Source: Ilumatobacteraceae bacterium (GTDB lineage Bacteria; Actinomycetota; Acidimicrobiia; Acidimicrobiales; Ilumatobacteraceae). From it: a stretch of DNA of 32,065 nucleotides. Position numbers and translations under genes: made by a program. The stretch lies in NCBI GenBank assembly GCA_040401775.1, contig JBBANV010000006.1, positions 11,211 through 43,275 on the forward strand. The letters are read 5' to 3'. This document shows, one piece after another, positions 31,985 to 32,065 of this stretch; positions within the stretch are counted from its first letter, which is position 1; each line of letters begins with the position of its first letter. Under the pieces are notes generated by a model, which was not told the DNA's origin, ran no database searches, and saw nothing but the letters and a program-made list of their open reading frames with translations.

Positions 31985-32065
31985 TGAGCAACAGTAATTG
32001 CCTCACCTCGAATGTTGCAGCAAGGCAGACGAAGCTCGACTCCAATAGCGTGATCGTTATGTCGC

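Noticed and set aside
1-32065. Defence systems, toxin-antitoxin pairs, CRISPR arrays, prophage remnants, and RiPP or NRPS/PKS biosynthetic genes.
   Set aside because: No spaced repeats, nuclease/helicase/methylase-like ORFs, small paired ORFs or precursor-peptide-like ORFs were seen. Every sizeable ORF is accounted for by a metabolic, transport or regulatory family.

Overview
This GC-rich window looks actinobacterial, but that is a by-eye impression and nothing was computed. It is densely coding, with 29 complete CDS plus one 3' fragment at the left edge. I found no rRNA, tRNA, CRISPR array, transposase, integrase or phage genes. All family calls come from motifs read by eye in the supplied translations, not from database searches.

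The content is one large catabolic island (about 1.9-32.0 kb) made of 14 short transcription units that alternate in strand:
- an M14 carboxypeptidase (left of the island, convergent with the first SWEET-like gene)
- a 7-TM double-PQ-loop (SWEET-like) membrane protein
- a class-III aminotransferase
- a minus-strand operon of SDR, SDR, MlrC-like M81 peptidase and IlvD/Edd dehydratase
- a five-gene family-5 (Opp/Dpp-type) ABC importer
- a PhyH-type dioxygenase and an SMP-30 lactonase
- a Zn-ADH with a UxuA-type mannonate dehydratase
- RidA and a D-aminoacylase
- an aldo-keto reductase with an enolase-superfamily dehydratase
- a second MlrC paralog
- a mutarotase-fold protein translationally coupled to a fold-type-III PLP 'D-Ser dehydratase/D-Thr aldolase-like' enzyme
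- an operon of a GntR(FadR/FCD) regulator, an FAD-linked (GlcD/D-lactate DH-like) oxidase, an FAH-family hydrolase, an AstE/AspA deacylase and a threonine-synthase-like PLP enzyme
- a second SWEET-like paralog

Many neighbours are coupled by 4-nt ATGA/GTGA overlaps.

The strongest signals not explained by the genes:
1. A 12-bp dyad, ANNNTA|TANNNT, is present once at the 5' end of TUs 1-13 (six divergent promoter gaps plus the PhyH gene start); none is seen upstream of the second SWEET-like gene. It reads as two abutting, outward-facing -10 hexamers, a shared operator, or both.
2. Two collinear 7-TM SWEET-like paralogs bracket the island.
3. The enzyme mix combines an oxidative, non-phosphorylative sugar-acid route (three unrelated dehydratase families) with N-acyl-D-amino-acid and D-beta-hydroxy-amino-acid chemistry. 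I read this as a candidate amino-sugar-acid (for example N-acetyl-glucosaminate-type) or D-amino-acid-conjugate catabolic system. That is inference only.
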